This document shows positions 52,116-62,635 of a DNA stretch of 64,000 nt, in pieces. Origin of the DNA: Candidatus Poribacteria bacterium (lineage in GTDB: Bacteria; Poribacteria; WGA-4E; WGA-3G); NCBI GenBank assembly GCA_965205025.1, contig CBDBFU010000012.1, forward strand, positions 64,001-128,000. Direction: 5' to 3'. The stretch's first letter is position 1. The number at the start of each line of letters is the position of its first letter. Under the pieces are notes generated by a model. That model was given only the letters and a program-made list of their open reading frames with translations. It searched no databases and was not told the DNA's origin. A program made the position numbers and the translations under genes.

Positions 52116-52272
52116 AGGTTAGCCTCGTAGGTATGATTTGATATAAATCTTAACAAAAGAAATGAATATATGTCAAGAAGGATTTGATAAAACCATTGAT
52201 TTATGTAAGAATATATGACATCAGGAAAAAACCGCTTCACATAAGAATAATGAATTTTGGAGAAAATACATA

Positions 52273-53025
52273 ATGTCAAATGAACTATTAAAACTTGTAC
52301 CAGTAGAGTTACGTAGTAAATGGACTAATGAGGCAAATGACTTTACACCTTGGTTGGCAAAAGATGAAAATCTTGAATTACTTGGAGAAACATTAGGTTT
52401 TGAGCTTGAATTAGGAGGACAAGAAGTAAATGTAGGTTCCTTTCGTGCAGATATACTATGTAAGAATACAGCAGACAATACTTGGGTCGTAATAGAAAAC
52501 CAATTAGAAAAAACTGTTCATTGGCATCTCGGGCAAATTTTAACATATTTCGCTGGCTTGGATGCGCACACTATCATTTGGATTGCAAGTGAGTTTCAAG
52601 ATGAACATAGAGCAGCAATTGATAAATTGAATGAAATCACACAAGAAGAATATCAATTTTTTGGGATAGAAATTAAATTGTGGAAAATTGATGATTCTCA
52701 AGCAGCTCCACAGTTTGAAATTGTTTCGAATCCAAATAATTGGAACAAAAATATACGGAGTACGATTAATAAGAATTTTTCTGATACGCAACACCAACAT
52801 TTAGAATTTTGGACCCAATTCACAGATTATATGGAACAAAGAGGGAATGATATCATACTCCCTGAACCGAAAATCTATCATAATTTCGACATAAGGATTG
52901 GAACACAAGGTACAGTTATCAGATTTACTGAAATCTCACAGATACCCACAACAAACACACCCTTACAAGTAGAAAACCAACCTCTTGAAGTAGAAGCCGT
53001 GCTACGCACCCTTGGCATCCATTGA
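52273..53025 (+). pseudogene. NucS-like PD-(D/E)XK nuclease/DUF4268-type protein, C-terminally truncated or rearranged
   Basis: EANDFTPWL, FRADIL, IENQL, HLGQILTY, EFWTQF; the sequence becomes non-family-like after about RIGTQG. Confidence 0.7.
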
Positions 53026-53206
53026 TACAAACCGAAATACATCACACGCGGGCTGATGGTGGTTTATTTACAGAAACAAATACAACAACAAGGTTTTTCT
53101 ACGAGTTACGATCCTACACAAAACTCGCAGAAAAATACGAAAATACTTGAAAACTCAACCTGAAATGGACATAAATTGTCCAAACTTTAGTAAAGGTTTA
53201 TAACAA

Positions 53207-54235
53207 ATGAAAATATGTATGAGATTGATACAATCCTTTCTAATTATCCTGTTTTTGTTGATAAGTATGAAAGTGTGCTGGTCGATTAGGGAAGCCCCTA
53301 CCACACCGAAAATACTGTTTACATCATCCCGTGATGGCAATTATGAAGTATACATGATGAATCCAGATGGTTCTGATCAGGTAAACTTGACACAACATCC
53401 TTCCTCAGATGTGAATGCTCGATGGTCTCCAACGGGTGAACAGATTCTCTTCGTCTCAGATCGACAAGGAACTCGGGTACGAGACCTATATCTAATGGAT
53501 GCTGATGGGGCCAATGTTCGTCGTGTTTTTAAGAGGAAAATTACAGAATGGAGAGCAAGTCCAACGTGGTCACCAGACGGAAAGAATTTTGCATATATTA
53601 CTTCAGACCGTGAACGTCCAAGGTCAAGTCTTCATCTTGGAACTTTTGGTGAAGAAGATTCCGAAATCCTCCCGTGGGGCAATTCCCCTGACTGGTCTCC
53701 AGATGGTTCAGAAATCGCATGTTCTGTTGGACATCCCAACGGGACACGACTTACATTCTTGAACATTCGAACCCGTAAGCGGGAACAACCGATAAAGGAT
53801 AAAATACTTCTATGGCAATCTCAACCCTCTTGGTCTTCTACAGGCGATAGAATTGCTTTTTCAGGCAACAAACATCCTTTACCTGCAATCTTGGATAGAG
53901 ATTTACACAACGCATGGATGGATAAACGGAGTATCTACCTCGTGAATCGGGACGGCTCAGGATTAAGATTACTCGTTGATGAAGCAGGTCCAGATGCTGC
54001 TTCACCAAAGATATCTCCTGATGGTTCAAAAGTAATTTATACACAAGAGATAAACGGACGGCGCCAAATCTTCAAATTGGACATCAACAATATGGAGAAG
54101 ACACAACTGACACATGGCGGTATTTTTATTCAAGCGAATTCAGGTGGCGACTGGTTTGACCCTGCATATACGACGTTGTCAGTTAATCCGCAACCCAATA
54201 TGCTTACAAATACATGGGGACAAATAAAAAAATAG
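53207..54235 (+). CDS. Secreted TolB-like (PD40) beta-propeller protein
   Basis: ILFTSSRDGNYEVY, repeated WSPDG, C-terminal SVNPQPNMLTNTWGQIKK. Confidence 0.9.
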   Translation: MKICMRLIQSFLIILFLLISMKVCWSIREAPTTPKILFTSSRDGNYEVYMMNPDGSDQVNLTQHPSSDVNARWSPTGEQILFVSDRQGTRVRDLYLMDADGANVRRVFKRKITEWRASPTWSPDGKNFAYITSDRERPRSSLHLGTFGEEDSEILPWGNSPDWSPDGSEIACSVGHPNGTRLTFLNIRTRKREQPIKDKILLWQSQPSWSSTGDRIAFSGNKHPLPAILDRDLHNAWMDKRSIYLVNRDGSGLRLLVDEAGPDAASPKISPDGSKVIYTQEINGRRQIFKLDINNMEKTQLTHGGIFIQANSGGDWFDPAYTTLSVNPQPNMLTNTWGQIKK

Positions 54236-54382
54236 TAATATATGAGAATAATTGAGATAGTTTCTCTATTAAAATCATTGATATTAAGCTATGAAAAATT
54301 AGTTGATGTATAATTTAAAAATTCTATAATTCAAATGACTCAATCTCCAACTATGATGGGATTAATAAATAGGAATACTCTA

Positions 54383-54760
54383 ATGACAAACAAAAATAGT
54401 ATAGATATTCAAAAACAACTTGAAGAATACCAAGATTGTATGGATGGTATACGTAAACAGCTTGAAGCATACCAAGAAGCTATGGCTACTTTACCAAAGC
54501 ATTTTGAAAAGCTACAAGAAACTATTGCTGGTATCCCAAGACATTCGGAGGAATTGCGGCAAGCAATCGCAAGTGTAACAGGGCATTCTGGTGATTTACT
54601 TGAGGCACTTGCGATTATATCAAAGCATTCTGAGGAACTGCAAAAAGGTGTTGATGGTATACCTAAACATTCTGAAGAAATTGAGAAAACCATTACAGGA
54701 ATTTCAGAACATTCTGCAGAATTACAAAGTACCATTTCAGAAATTTTGAAGAATGATTAG
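54383..54760 (+). CDS. Hypothetical 14-aa-repeat coiled-coil protein
   Basis: Six repeats with consensus I-P/S-K-H-S-E-E-L; AGGA RBS. Confidence 0.7.
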   Translation: MTNKNSIDIQKQLEEYQDCMDGIRKQLEAYQEAMATLPKHFEKLQETIAGIPRHSEELRQAIASVTGHSGDLLEALAIISKHSEELQKGVDGIPKHSEEIEKTITGISEHSAELQSTISEILKND

Positions 54761-54874
54761 AATTGAACATAATATATAATTCATAAATCTTGCAATCACT
54801 CACTATTTTTGATAGAATTCTGTATAGTCTCAGATTCCAAACTAACATATTCCAACCTATAAGGACGGCAAATA

Positions 54875-56140
54875 ATGACACTTCCAAAAATGGCAAGAGT
54901 TAAGCAACATTTTGATGCCCCCGTTCTCACTGATCTACCCGGAGCAATTCATAGTGAATTAGATCGGATTAATGCATCATCAATTATTCGATCAGGAGAA
55001 ACTGTTGCAATCACTGCTGGGAGTCGTGGTGTAGCTAACATAGCAACTGCTGTAAAAGCAACAGTAGATTACTTAAAAAATCTCGGAGCAAAACCGTTTG
55101 TTGTACCAGCAATGGGAAGTCATGGGGGTGCAACAGCAGAAGGACAGACAAGTGTATTGGAGCATTATGGTATAACAGAATCGACTGTTAACGCACCTGT
55201 AAAGGCAACGATGGAGGTAGTTCAACTCGGTAGTATTGTAAATGCTGATGCTGACGATTTACCTGTGTTTATGGACAGATACGCAGCTGAAGCAGATCAT
55301 GTTGTACCGCTCAATCGGATTAAAGCACATACTGACTTCAACGGATCTATAGAAAGCGGTGTTCTAAAAATGATGGTTATCGGTCTTGGAAAACAACAAG
55401 GAGCAAATTACTATCATCGCGCATTCTTTCAATACGGTTTTGAACATGTCATTTCTGCGGTTGGTGGATTTATCCTTGATACAGGTAAGATCGCTTTCGG
55501 TATAGGACTTCTCGAAAACGCACATGAAGACACTGCTAAAGCCGTAGCAATGCCTGCTGAGAATATGCTTAGAACAGAAAGGGAACTGTTAGTCGAAGCA
55601 AAATCTATGATGGGAAGACTTCCCTTTGATGAACTTGATCTATTAATCGTGGATTGGTCAGGTAAGAATATCAGTGGAACAGGAATGGATACAAATGTCA
55701 TAGGTAGGATGATGCAGAACTTTGAACCTGAACCTCTCAAACCTGCTATTCTACGTATATTTGTTCGTGATCTCACTGAGGAGAGTGATGGAAATGCCAC
55801 TGGGATTGGACTCGCTGATTTTACGACAACTCGACTGGTTAATCAGATTGATCGACATTCTACCTATATGAACGGTATCACCGCTCTGGGACCACAGAAA
55901 TCAAAGATTCCATTTTACTACGATACCGATAAAGAAGCGATTGAAGTAGCACTTGAAACTATCGGTTTAACCAAACCTGAGAATGCACGAGTCATCCGAA
56001 TTGAGAGCACTTTGAGATTGACAGATCTTGATTTATCTGAAGTGCTTTTGAAGGATGTGGATTTACATTCAAATCTTGAAGTTATCGGGGACACACTTCC
56101 ATTACAGTTTGATTCATCAGATAACCTGTTCCCATTCTAA
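54875..56140 (+). CDS. LarA-N/DUF2088-like protein
   Basis: VAITAGSRG, PAMGSHGGATAEGQ, NRIKAHTDF, GKNISGTGMDTNVIGR, GNATGIGLAD. Confidence 0.8.
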   Translation: MTLPKMARVKQHFDAPVLTDLPGAIHSELDRINASSIIRSGETVAITAGSRGVANIATAVKATVDYLKNLGAKPFVVPAMGSHGGATAEGQTSVLEHYGITESTVNAPVKATMEVVQLGSIVNADADDLPVFMDRYAAEADHVVPLNRIKAHTDFNGSIESGVLKMMVIGLGKQQGANYYHRAFFQYGFEHVISAVGGFILDTGKIAFGIGLLENAHEDTAKAVAMPAENMLRTERELLVEAKSMMGRLPFDELDLLIVDWSGKNISGTGMDTNVIGRMMQNFEPEPLKPAILRIFVRDLTEESDGNATGIGLADFTTTRLVNQIDRHSTYMNGITALGPQKSKIPFYYDTDKEAIEVALETIGLTKPENARVIRIESTLRLTDLDLSEVLLKDVDLHSNLEVIGDTLPLQFDSSDNLFPF

Positions 56141-56154
56141 TCGGAGATTTGTAG

Positions 56155-56745
56155 TTGAAACGATTGATTGTTGGTATCACAGGAGCAAGTGCTGTAGTCT
56201 ATGGTGTACGTCTACTTGAAGTGCTATCGCAACGTGAAGATGTAGAAGTTCATCTCACAATTTCTTCATCTGGGGCACGGGCACTATGGGAAGAACTACA
56301 GATTGAAGTAGATATAGATAAATTCATGATTGAATCGCTTATTGATACACCCACGAAACAGGTAATATATCACCATCAAAGCGATATCGGTGCTTCAATT
56401 GCAAGTGGATCTTTTCGCACTGCTGGCATGATTGTCGTACCCTGCAGTATGGGAACTGTCGCATCTATTGCTGCAGGTATATCCCGCAATCTTATTCATC
56501 GAGCAGCGGATGTGTGTATTAAGGAACGACGGAAACTTGTTATAGTACCACGAGAAACACCGATTAGTTCTATACATCTTGAAAACATGTTGAAGCTATC
56601 ACAGAACGGGGTATGTGTTTTACCTGCAATGCCAGGATTTTATCATTTCCCAAAAACTGTAGACGACCAAATCAACTTTATTGTCACAAAAATCTTAGAC
56701 CAGTTTGATATTGAATCAGGACTAACGCAACGGTGGAAAGAGTAG
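56155..56745 (+). CDS. ubiX: Flavin prenyltransferase
   Basis: VGITGAS, IASGSF, PCSMGT, PRETP, PAMPGFY. Confidence 0.95.
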   Translation: MKRLIVGITGASAVVYGVRLLEVLSQREDVEVHLTISSSGARALWEELQIEVDIDKFMIESLIDTPTKQVIYHHQSDIGASIASGSFRTAGMIVVPCSMGTVASIAAGISRNLIHRAADVCIKERRKLVIVPRETPISSIHLENMLKLSQNGVCVLPAMPGFYHFPKTVDDQINFIVTKILDQFDIESGLTQRWKE

Positions 56746-56749
56746 AGTA

Positions 56750-57601
56750 TTGATACGTAAGTTAAGAATTATTCTTGAGATGATTAAATTTGAACATACT
56801 GTGTTTGCTCTACCTTTTGCAATCATGAGTGCATTTATAGCATCCAATGGTCTACCACCCCTTTCAAACCTTGGATGGATTCTCGTAGCAATGGTGGGTG
56901 CTCGTAGCTGCGCAATGGCATTTAACCGACTTGCTGATTCACACATTGATAGTCAAAATCCACGCACCTCAATGCGTGCAATTCCTGCTGGACTCATTAC
57001 AAAAGGTTCGGTTTGGTTGTTTACGGTGGTATCTGCTGGATTACTGGTATTTGCTGCATGGAGATTGAATCCTCTCGCTTTTGCATTATCTCCTGTTGCA
57101 CTGGTAGTAATTATGGGATATTCCTATACGAAACGGTTTACATCACTATCACATTTCTGGTTAGGACTTGCACTTTCAATTTCTCCTGTTGGGGCATGGA
57201 TTGCTATTACAGGTAGATTTGACTGGACACCGATAGTATTGTGTTGTGTCGTATTACTCTGGACTGCTGGCTTTGACATTATTTACGCATGCCAAGATGT
57301 TAATTTCGACAGAAAACATGGACTACACTCTATTCCCGCACGAATTGGAATTCGTTGGGCATTGTGGTTGTCATCCGCTATTCATGTAATCGCTGTATTA
57401 CTTCTTTTTGTTGTTCCATTCCTTACAGAATTAGGACTGTTCTACTACATTGGGGTTGGTATTGTTATACTCATTTTTGTCTACGAACATACAATCGTCA
57501 AACCAGACGATCTATCCCGTGTTAATCTCGCATTTTTCACATTGAATGGGATGATTAGTTTAGTGTTGATGGCACTTTCAATTACCGATATTCTTCTTTA
57601 G
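56750..57601 (+). CDS. UbiA-family prenyltransferase (MqnP-like)
   Basis: IKFEHTVFALPF, NRLAD..ID..NPRT, YSYTKRF, GFDIIYACQD, AFFTLNG. Confidence 0.92.
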   Translation: MIRKLRIILEMIKFEHTVFALPFAIMSAFIASNGLPPLSNLGWILVAMVGARSCAMAFNRLADSHIDSQNPRTSMRAIPAGLITKGSVWLFTVVSAGLLVFAAWRLNPLAFALSPVALVVIMGYSYTKRFTSLSHFWLGLALSISPVGAWIAITGRFDWTPIVLCCVVLLWTAGFDIIYACQDVNFDRKHGLHSIPARIGIRWALWLSSAIHVIAVLLLFVVPFLTELGLFYYIGVGIVILIFVYEHTIVKPDDLSRVNLAFFTLNGMISLVLMALSITDILL

Positions 57602-57633
57602 TCCAACATCCTTCTATTGGAGATTTAATAAAC

Positions 57634-58455
57634 ATGAAACTATCTTTATCCGTTCGCGTTTCAGAAACATCATCAAAAAAAGACTCAACACACACATTTG
57701 TGCAACTAACTGAACTCGCAGCGAACCTTGGGTATGAGGCTATGTGTATGCGTGCATCTCAAGTTGGTATACACTCACCTTTAGAAGATATTACTGCTGT
57801 TCGCAAACAAGCAGATTCACTGAACCTAAAAATCTCTATGATCACAGGTGATTTTCCTGTCCCTCTTAATAACGATGAAGGACCAGATGGACTCCGCAAT
57901 ATCACACCATATCTTGATCTTACAGAACTTCTTGGATCAAGTTTAATTCGGATCGCCATGAAGGTAGAGGAGGATATTGTTTGGACACAACGTGCATCTG
58001 ATGAGGCAGCGGAACGTGGTATACGCCTTGCACATCAATCCCATACACAGAGTCTGTTTGAAACAGTTGATGGATCAATTGATGTACTAAAACGGGTTGG
58101 TAGAGATAATTTCGGTATTATTTATGAACCTGCTAACTTGGACCTATGTGCACAGGATTATGGCGTTGAAACGCTCAAACGGTTTTCACCATATCTATTC
58201 AATGTTTATCTACAAAATCACATCCGTAGACCAGAAGGAAAAACACATCTGTTAACATGGATTCAGGGTGTTGTGCCGCATGATCCTATACGTTTACAAG
58301 ATGAAGGTGGAATTGACTTTCCACTTGTGTTTGAAGGTTTAGAGGCTATCGGTTATGATGGGTATGTTACTGTTCATCAAGCCTTCCGTGAGATTATGGA
58401 ACCCGAAGATGCCGCTGAACAGAGTTTTGACTATTTGAAGCCATTTTGCAGGTGA
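57634..58455 (+). CDS. Sugar phosphate isomerase/epimerase (TIM barrel)
   Basis: LGYEA, NFGIIYEPAN, GIDF, IGYDGYVTV. Confidence 0.82.
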   Translation: MKLSLSVRVSETSSKKDSTHTFVQLTELAANLGYEAMCMRASQVGIHSPLEDITAVRKQADSLNLKISMITGDFPVPLNNDEGPDGLRNITPYLDLTELLGSSLIRIAMKVEEDIVWTQRASDEAAERGIRLAHQSHTQSLFETVDGSIDVLKRVGRDNFGIIYEPANLDLCAQDYGVETLKRFSPYLFNVYLQNHIRRPEGKTHLLTWIQGVVPHDPIRLQDEGGIDFPLVFEGLEAIGYDGYVTVHQAFREIMEPEDAAEQSFDYLKPFCR

Positions 58456-58516
58456 AGTGGAATACTATATCGTGGTATAAGCCTTAAAAGTTAACAAGAA
58501 ATGCGAGGGTATTACA

Positions 58517-59116
58517 ATGGCTTTCAGTGATTTTAATACAATTTCTGAAGTTCAAGAAAAATTCAACATCAAATACACGTATAATGATTTTTTCAATGTT
58601 GAGCCAAAAAACCCTTCAGAACATTTTTTAAAAGAGCTTGAATTTAGTCAGAAACATATAGACTTTTTTACATCCGAAGGTTCAAGATGTGAAGTGGTTA
58701 TATTTCCTACTATAAAAGAGATATACAAAGATTATGCCGAACACTATGGACTTTGGATAAAGAAGTCTATCACTTATGATGATACATTGAACGGTACTCC
58801 AGATTATCTTATTGCTACGAAGTCTGACTTGGGTATAACAGTTCTTGGAATGCCTCTGATAATGTTAGTTGAAGCAAAAAAGAATGACTTTGAACAGGGA
58901 TGGGGACAATGTCTGGCTGAGTTGGTTGCCGCACAAAAAATAAATGACGATACAAACTTTCCAATTCATGGAATTGTTACAGATGGAATTTTGTGGCAAT
59001 TTGGTAGACTTGTTGGAAACACATTTACGCGTAATAGAACGAATTTTAGTTTGGATAATATTCCAGTTCTATTCGGTGCAATGGATTCTGTTTTCAAGGC
59101 AATTCAAACAAACTAA
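58517..59116 (+). CDS. PD-(D/E)XK nuclease-like protein (HsdR-N-like)
   Basis: GTPDYLI...VEAKK..F..GWGQCLAEL, GIVTDG..WQF. Confidence 0.78.
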   Translation: MAFSDFNTISEVQEKFNIKYTYNDFFNVEPKNPSEHFLKELEFSQKHIDFFTSEGSRCEVVIFPTIKEIYKDYAEHYGLWIKKSITYDDTLNGTPDYLIATKSDLGITVLGMPLIMLVEAKKNDFEQGWGQCLAELVAAQKINDDTNFPIHGIVTDGILWQFGRLVGNTFTRNRTNFSLDNIPVLFGAMDSVFKAIQTN

Positions 59117-59146
59117 CATTTTCTCTGTTTAACAAACGAACTACCT

Positions 59147-60661
59147 ATGAAAACACAACCTCCCAATATACTTATTATCACGACAGACCAACAACGTACA
59201 GATAGCCTTAGTTGCTACGGTTCTACTTTTACAGATACACCAAATCTTGATCAATTAGCTGTTGAAGGTGTATGTTTAGATCGTGCTTATTGTACAAATC
59301 CTGTCTGTACACCTGCCCGCGCATCGATTTTTACGGGTAAATATGTCAGTCGCCACGGGGCATGGAATGTCGGGATGAATGTACCTGAAGATGAACCGAT
59401 GATTTCACATCGTCTTAGAGATGTTGGATATCGTACCCACTATATCGGTAAAGCACACTTCCAACCCTTTGGAGCATCCCCTGAACAATCAATTGAAACA
59501 CGAAACAACAATAACCGATTCCCAGATTTTAACGGACCTTATTACGGATTTGAAACAGTAGAACTGGCACTTGGTCACGCAACTTATGGTATCGCTGGAC
59601 ATTACGGAGAATGGGTAAAAACTCAGGTTACAGAAGAGACCTTTGAGAGTTATAGTAAAGCAAGAAGATTATCCCAAACAGGATTTGGAGGCGGTGCACA
59701 CGATTGGGACATACCCTTAAAATATCACAACAGTGTGTGGACTGCTGATCGTACTATAGATTTTTTGAAGAAGCACGATGCTGATCAACCCTTCCTTTTG
59801 GCAGTCGGTTTTCAAGATCCACATCATCCACATTGTGTTCCAACAGAATTTGAAGAACGTGTTGATCCAAATGAAGTGCCACTCCCAGATTATGTTGAAG
59901 GAGAATTAGAGGATAAACCCCCTCATTTTATGGCTGCACGTTGTGGAGAACTTAGTAAATTGGAAACACGTGGGAAGTTTGCTATGGCTGGACAAGGTGG
60001 TGGTGCAGATTTTCGTAAAGTTTCTGAAAAGGATGCACGCCTCGGAAGAGCATACTATTATAATATGGTGAAGATTATTGATCAGCAGATAGGACGGATA
60101 ATGGAATGTCTTGATACATACGGTTTATGTGAAAATACATTGGTATTGTTTACCACTGACCATGGGGAGCTTTTAGGGGATCACGGCTTGTGGATGAAAG
60201 GACCTTTTCATTATGAACAACTTGTCCGAGTGCCAACAATAATACGTTATCCTGCAGCAATTCCACCTGGGCAGCGGTCTAATGCACTTTTCAGTCATGC
60301 TGACATTGTTCCAACAGTTCTTGCCGCAGCAGGATTGCCTATTTCATCGGATATAGATGGTGTAGATGCTATGCCTATGCTTAGCAGAGAACAAGATTCC
60401 ATACGAGATTCACTCCTAATTGAGTGTGTAGACGATCCCCAAGGTTTACGTCTAAAAACAATTGTTACAGACAATCGTAAATTAACATGGTATTGTGGAC
60501 AGACGTATGGTGAACTATACGACTTAGAAAATGATCCTGCCGAACGTGTAAACCACTGGAACAACCCTTCCTACGCATCAGATAAAGCACAACTGATCAG
60601 TACAGTACTTGAGGAAATGGAGATATTGGAGAAACGTGTTGAACGAACATCCTATGCATAA
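59147..60661 (+). CDS. Sulfatase
   Basis: PNILIITTDQQR, CTPARASIFTG, GKAH, TTDHGELLGDHG. Confidence 0.95.
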   Translation: MKTQPPNILIITTDQQRTDSLSCYGSTFTDTPNLDQLAVEGVCLDRAYCTNPVCTPARASIFTGKYVSRHGAWNVGMNVPEDEPMISHRLRDVGYRTHYIGKAHFQPFGASPEQSIETRNNNNRFPDFNGPYYGFETVELALGHATYGIAGHYGEWVKTQVTEETFESYSKARRLSQTGFGGGAHDWDIPLKYHNSVWTADRTIDFLKKHDADQPFLLAVGFQDPHHPHCVPTEFEERVDPNEVPLPDYVEGELEDKPPHFMAARCGELSKLETRGKFAMAGQGGGADFRKVSEKDARLGRAYYYNMVKIIDQQIGRIMECLDTYGLCENTLVLFTTDHGELLGDHGLWMKGPFHYEQLVRVPTIIRYPAAIPPGQRSNALFSHADIVPTVLAAAGLPISSDIDGVDAMPMLSREQDSIRDSLLIECVDDPQGLRLKTIVTDNRKLTWYCGQTYGELYDLENDPAERVNHWNNPSYASDKAQLISTVLEEMEILEKRVERTSYA

Positions 60662-60673
60662 CTCAGTTTATTC

Positions 60674-61774
60674 TCACCCACCCATACGTCGAACTCTTGC
60701 CGGTGTATCATCCCCATGAATTTCAGAGGATAGAATACGATGACTCCGATCTTCAATAGGTAAGTTCACCCTTACGCCTCCACGACGATGCGATTCCCGT
60801 AAGGCAATAGCAACCTCCAACGCTTCCAATCCATCTTCGCCAGAGCATTTAGGAGAACCACCATTTTCTATCGCATCAATTATATCATCAACAATCGTCA
60901 AACCCATACCCTGCATTCGAACAGGATAAGGAAATGGACAGGTCGCAGGCACACCACGTCCTCGTCTGCCACCTGGTAGTGAACGTATCAGCTCAAACTT
61001 TTCTGCGTTATTGATGGATCGTATGCGTCCCGATGTTCCGATAACATCTACCTCCCACGACGCAACTCCGCATGCTGTACTTCGAAGATAACCACGTACA
61101 CCGTTATCAAAAACAAGATAACCATTACCCATCAAATCATTTTCACCTTCAGCAGCTTCATCGGATTGCATTTCACCAAAAACCCATTCTACATTTCCAC
61201 CTGCCATATAACGGAGAATATCTATGGCATGACTGCCGTTATGAGATAATCCGCATTGAGCATAAACAGTGACTTGTAGGACATTGCCTATTTCATCTTC
61301 ATCTATGAGTTTTCGTGCTTCACTAAAGAAGGGATTCCATCGACGGGCACAATTAATGGCTAATACGGTATTATTTTCTTTACAGACTTTCACCATCTCA
61401 TCCGCTTCAGCAAGACTAAGCGATATTGGCTTTTCTGCCCAGATTCCTTTGACACCAGCACGTGCGATGTCTTGAACAATCATTGAACGTACTCTCGCTG
61501 TTGTGCAAACACTGACAAGGTCAAGATTTTCTTTTTCTAACATCTCGCGGTAATCGCTATAAATATGTTCTGAACCAAGTCCCCAACGTTCTCCGAAGAT
61601 GGATGCTTGTTCCTCATGTAGATCAGCACCTGCTACTAACTCTGTTTTAGGTGAGGCTTCATAACTTGGTGCATGACAGTAAGGTAGGAATAGAGATCCG
61701 CCCTGAGTGATTTCATCATCAAAAGTACTTCCCATCCGTCCTAAACCGATTACACCTGCACGATATGTTGACAT
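60674..61774 (-). CDS. Gfo/Idh/MocA oxidoreductase
   Basis: GVIGLGRMG, AEKP, GSHAID, ALRESH. Confidence 0.92.
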   Translation of the reverse strand: MSTYRAGVIGLGRMGSTFDDEITQGGSLFLPYCHAPSYEASPKTELVAGADLHEEQASIFGERWGLGSEHIYSDYREMLEKENLDLVSVCTTARVRSMIVQDIARAGVKGIWAEKPISLSLAEADEMVKVCKENNTVLAINCARRWNPFFSEARKLIDEDEIGNVLQVTVYAQCGLSHNGSHAIDILRYMAGGNVEWVFGEMQSDEAAEGENDLMGNGYLVFDNGVRGYLRSTACGVASWEVDVIGTSGRIRSINNAEKFELIRSLPGGRRGRGVPATCPFPYPVRMQGMGLTIVDDIIDAIENGGSPKCSGEDGLEALEVAIALRESHRRGGVRVNLPIEDRSHRILSSEIHGDDTPARVRRMGG

Positions 61775-61839
61775 GGCATTCTCCTCTGAGTATATTTCTC
61801 GGTCTAACTTAGACTGTTCAAGGTAATTTTCAAAAGTGT

Positions 61840-62484
61840 TTAAATTTCACTGGTGTAGGTTAGAATTTTCTCATATACGAAATCTAACCATCTGTTCTGT
61901 GGGTAGACAATATCTGGTTTTGGTAAAATAGGTATCCAAAATGGTTGAAAAATGTGATCCATATCACTTTTCAATTGCCATCTATCTTCAGTGTCATCTG
62001 TTGTTGTTAATAGAAAGAAATGTCTTTTTTTCTGATTGTTGACGGTATTATTTGGTACCCAACCGGATATATTATAGGCTATATAGGTTGGGTTAGGAAA
62101 CTGATCATATTCAAAGTAAGTAACATGTGTGAAGTCATTGTAGGTAGAATGATATTCTACTGTCAACCCTCTGGTGAGTTTGTTTTTGAAAGTAATTGCA
62201 TTCAAATCGGGTTTTATATACACCTCAGTTGTTTCTGTTATAATTCTCTCCTGTTCGTCCAATTCATTCACAAAACAACCAAGATATTGTTCAGACTTTA
62301 GTCTCTTTAAACCTGTTTCTTCTTGTGCCTCTCTTATTGCAGCTGTTTCGATATCTTCACCAACTTCAACACTACCTGCTGGAATTTGAATACCTGCATT
62401 CGGATGTTTGAATACAAGCAGAGAATCAACCCCATTTCTTTTTTGTGTAATAAAGGAAGAGACTTTTTCAAATGGTTTTTTCAT
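61840..62484 (-). CDS. NUDIX hydrolase
   Basis: Nudix box GSVEVGEDIETAAIREAQEETGL. Confidence 0.9.
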   Translation of the reverse strand: MKKPFEKVSSFITQKRNGVDSLLVFKHPNAGIQIPAGSVEVGEDIETAAIREAQEETGLKRLKSEQYLGCFVNELDEQERIITETTEVYIKPDLNAITFKNKLTRGLTVEYHSTYNDFTHVTYFEYDQFPNPTYIAYNISGWVPNNTVNNQKKRHFFLLTTTDDTEDRWQLKSDMDHIFQPFWIPILPKPDIVYPQNRWLDFVYEKILTYTSEI

Positions 62485-62635
62485 TATTGTTCTGCCACTT
62501 ATTTCATAGATAGTATGGTAATATGATTTCAAACAAGTAGAAGCCTTCTTATAGTTTCTGGGAAATAAATGAGATTTCTACTCAACAGTTGTATGCCATT
62601 CTCTCGTTCAAACTATGGAACTTACTAATGGTTCA

